Positions 61,801 to 64,000 of a stretch of 64,000 nucleotides of DNA are shown piece after piece. The notes beneath the pieces were generated by a model. The model had not been told where the DNA came from. It saw nothing but the letters and a program-made list of their open reading frames with translations, and did not search any database. How positions within the stretch are numbered: position 1 is the stretch's first letter; each line of letters begins with the position of its first letter. This stretch comes from Massalongia carnosa (taxonomy: Eukaryota): positions 930,001-994,000 of the forward strand of contig OZ287073.1 of NCBI GenBank assembly GCA_965645245.1, given 5' to 3'. The translations under genes and the position numbers were made by a program.

Positions 61801-64000
61801 TGCAGGTGCTCAGGATAATCTGCACCAAGATGATGCAGGTGCCCAGCACCAAAACAACCAAACTCAGGAGACAAATAGGACCCCTTCTTCATCACCTACC
61901 AGACGTTCCAACCGCAGGAAAGATGTGTATAACCGATACGAATTCGATAACTCTTATGGAAACAAAAAGGACCGGGACCGGGCAAATATAGCAAAACAAC
62001 CATCCAAAGTGTACGAGCCGCAGTCATATAATCAGGCCATGCAATGCACTGACCATCGCAAATGGAAAATTGCTATTCAAGACGAATTAAATGCTCTCGC
62101 CGCCAATAATACATGGAAATATGTTGAAAGACCAGCAGATAAGAACATCATCACCGCTAGATGGGTCTTCAAAGTGAAATACACCCCTACTAACCATGTT
62201 GACCGCTATAAAGCACGATTAGTAGCAAGGGGCTTCAAACAAATCCCCGGGACAGACTATGGGGACACGTTTTCACCCACCCTAAGGTATGAATCCTTAC
62301 GAATGCTCCTATATTTCGCATGTAAATATAACTTCCATATTGAGCAAATGGACGCACCAAACGCATACTTGCAAAGCTCCCTAGATGACGAAATCTATAT
62401 GGAGCCTCCCCAAGGCTTGGTGCTTCCCCCACATCTGACGAACCATGTGTTGCGCGTTCTGAAAGGACTCTATGGTCTCAAACAATCTGGCCGAGGATGG
62501 AATAAAAAGATAACCAATTATCTAACATCCATTGGTTTCAAAGCGCTCTCAGGAGACAATTGTGTGTTCGTTAATCACACTACCCACGTTATCATTAGCC
62601 TTTATGTTGATGATTTTCTGATATTTTCCAAAAGCATGACAGCCATAAAGGAGCTCAAAAGTCTACTAATAAAGGAATATAATATGAAAGACTTAGGGCC
62701 AGCAAAGTTCATCTTAGGGATTCGCATACGTCGCGAGAAAGACAAAATAATGATTGACCAATCATCTTACATTCGCAGCTTCCTGCAGAAATATAAGATG
62801 GATAAAGCAAATTCAGTCCTTACCCCTATGATCAACTATGATGCATGCAGTCCTGCCATCGTCAACGAACCTAGGACAAACCAATTAGAATATCAAGAAC
62901 GGATAGGGAGTTTGATGTTTTTGATGATCAACACGCGACCAGACATTGCCCAAGCAGTTGGAAAGCTTAGTCAATATACGCACGATCCAGCAATTAGGCA
63001 CCGAAACGCGGTAGACCATCTCATGAAATATCTGAATGGGACCACGAATTTGGCACTTACCTACGAACCCAATGACACCGGACCCACTAGTTATGCTGAT
63101 GCAGCGTATGGTGATAACCATGATAGAAAATCATCATATGGCCACGTTCTGATGCTAGGAAACGGGGCAGTTATATGGGCCAGTAAGAGGCAACGGTCAG
63201 TCGTCACATCCACCATGGAAGCAGAGTATTCTTCCATGTGCCAGGCTTCAAAAGATATAGTGTGGGCAACTAGATGGTTCGGAGAGTTGAACTCTCCAAA
63301 GATATGAACCTACCAATTATCCTAAATGGCGACAACCAGGGTACGCTCGATTTGATAAAAAACCCTGAGCACCATAGTCGGTCCAAACATATGGATATTC
63401 AGCTTCATTATCTTCGGGAGGTCGTTGAAGACAACTATGCCACTATACAGCACGTATCCACTCACGATATGGTGGCAGATATCTTCACTTAACCACTGGC
63501 GGCACCTATCTTTCGAAAGTTGCGCGAGAAATTAGGCCTAAGAGAGGCATAGGAAGATGGAGGACGCTTCATCATAAGGCCACCTAAATTGACCACATAG
63601 GCCACACAAAATCAGATTGGAAACCGGCGTTTAGGATATTATTACTCACCTGGCAACTTTGCAGTGGGAGTGTTGTAATGTGCAAAGTCACCCGGCTGAT
63701 GCCTAGTAAAGTGTTCAGAGTCACATAGTACCGCATTGGGATTAGTGCGTTGGTAAGAACATTAGGCAACACATAACGACCTCGAGAAGCACCGCAAAAA
63801 CTTCTATGAACATTCCCATCGAGTCATAAATTGGATATGAGTCAATCACCAATCTTAGATTTCTAGGAAGCAGGAAGGTGAGTCATAGGGAGAACGGTTT
63901 TCGGCATGTTTTTCTATCTATATAAACACGGTCCTTAGATAGGTAGATAGAAAGATCAATCGTTTCAAAAGTGAGCTTTTTACTATGCCAGCAGAGCTTC
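58805..64000 (+). mobile_element. Young Ty1/copia LTR retrotransposon; 3' LTR runs off the window
   Basis: 5' LTR 58805-59144 and 3' LTR from 63671, identical by eye over the 330 bp visible; PBS GGTTATGAGCCC; PPT before 63671. Confidence 0.97.
59267..63552 (+). CDS. Copia gag-pol polyprotein; RNase H disrupted by a frameshift (~63300) and a stop (63490-63492)
   Basis: 1346-aa ORF with WVIDSGASRHM protease, WHTRLGH, integrase, YVDD RT and YADA RNase H; the final ADIFT(K)PL is split by TAA. Confidence 0.95.

Overview
Fungal (filamentous ascomycete-like) genomic DNA in two halves. Bases 1-29.8 kb are a deeply nested transposon cluster. It holds two pogo/Fot1 elements, three Tad1-like LINEs, one full-length decayed Ty1/copia, about 12 solo LTRs (most delimited by exact 5-bp TSDs), a hAT-type MITE, a canonical TA-flanked Tc1 derivative and an unusual Tc1/IS630-type element. 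Most of these sit in an older, decayed, intron-containing scaffold marked by about 20 copies of the palindrome AAACGAGCTCGTTT. Bases 30-58.5 kb carry host genes: a protein with a HeLo-like N-terminus, a dispersed 5S rRNA, a small secreted protein, an amino-acid permease, prefoldin subunit 5, an uncharacterised protein, and MRX11-like and ORC1 head-to-head. A young copia element with apparently identical LTRs follows. The top candidate novelty is two diverged DNA transposons (23307-24611 and 34293-35620). They encode Tc1/IS630-type DD37/38E transposases yet have CACGCGGG...CCCGCGTG ends and exact 5-bp non-TA target-site duplications (CCAGA, AGTGG), i.e. Transib/RAG-like insertion geometry with a Tc1-type enzyme. 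All calls were made by eye; no database searches were run.
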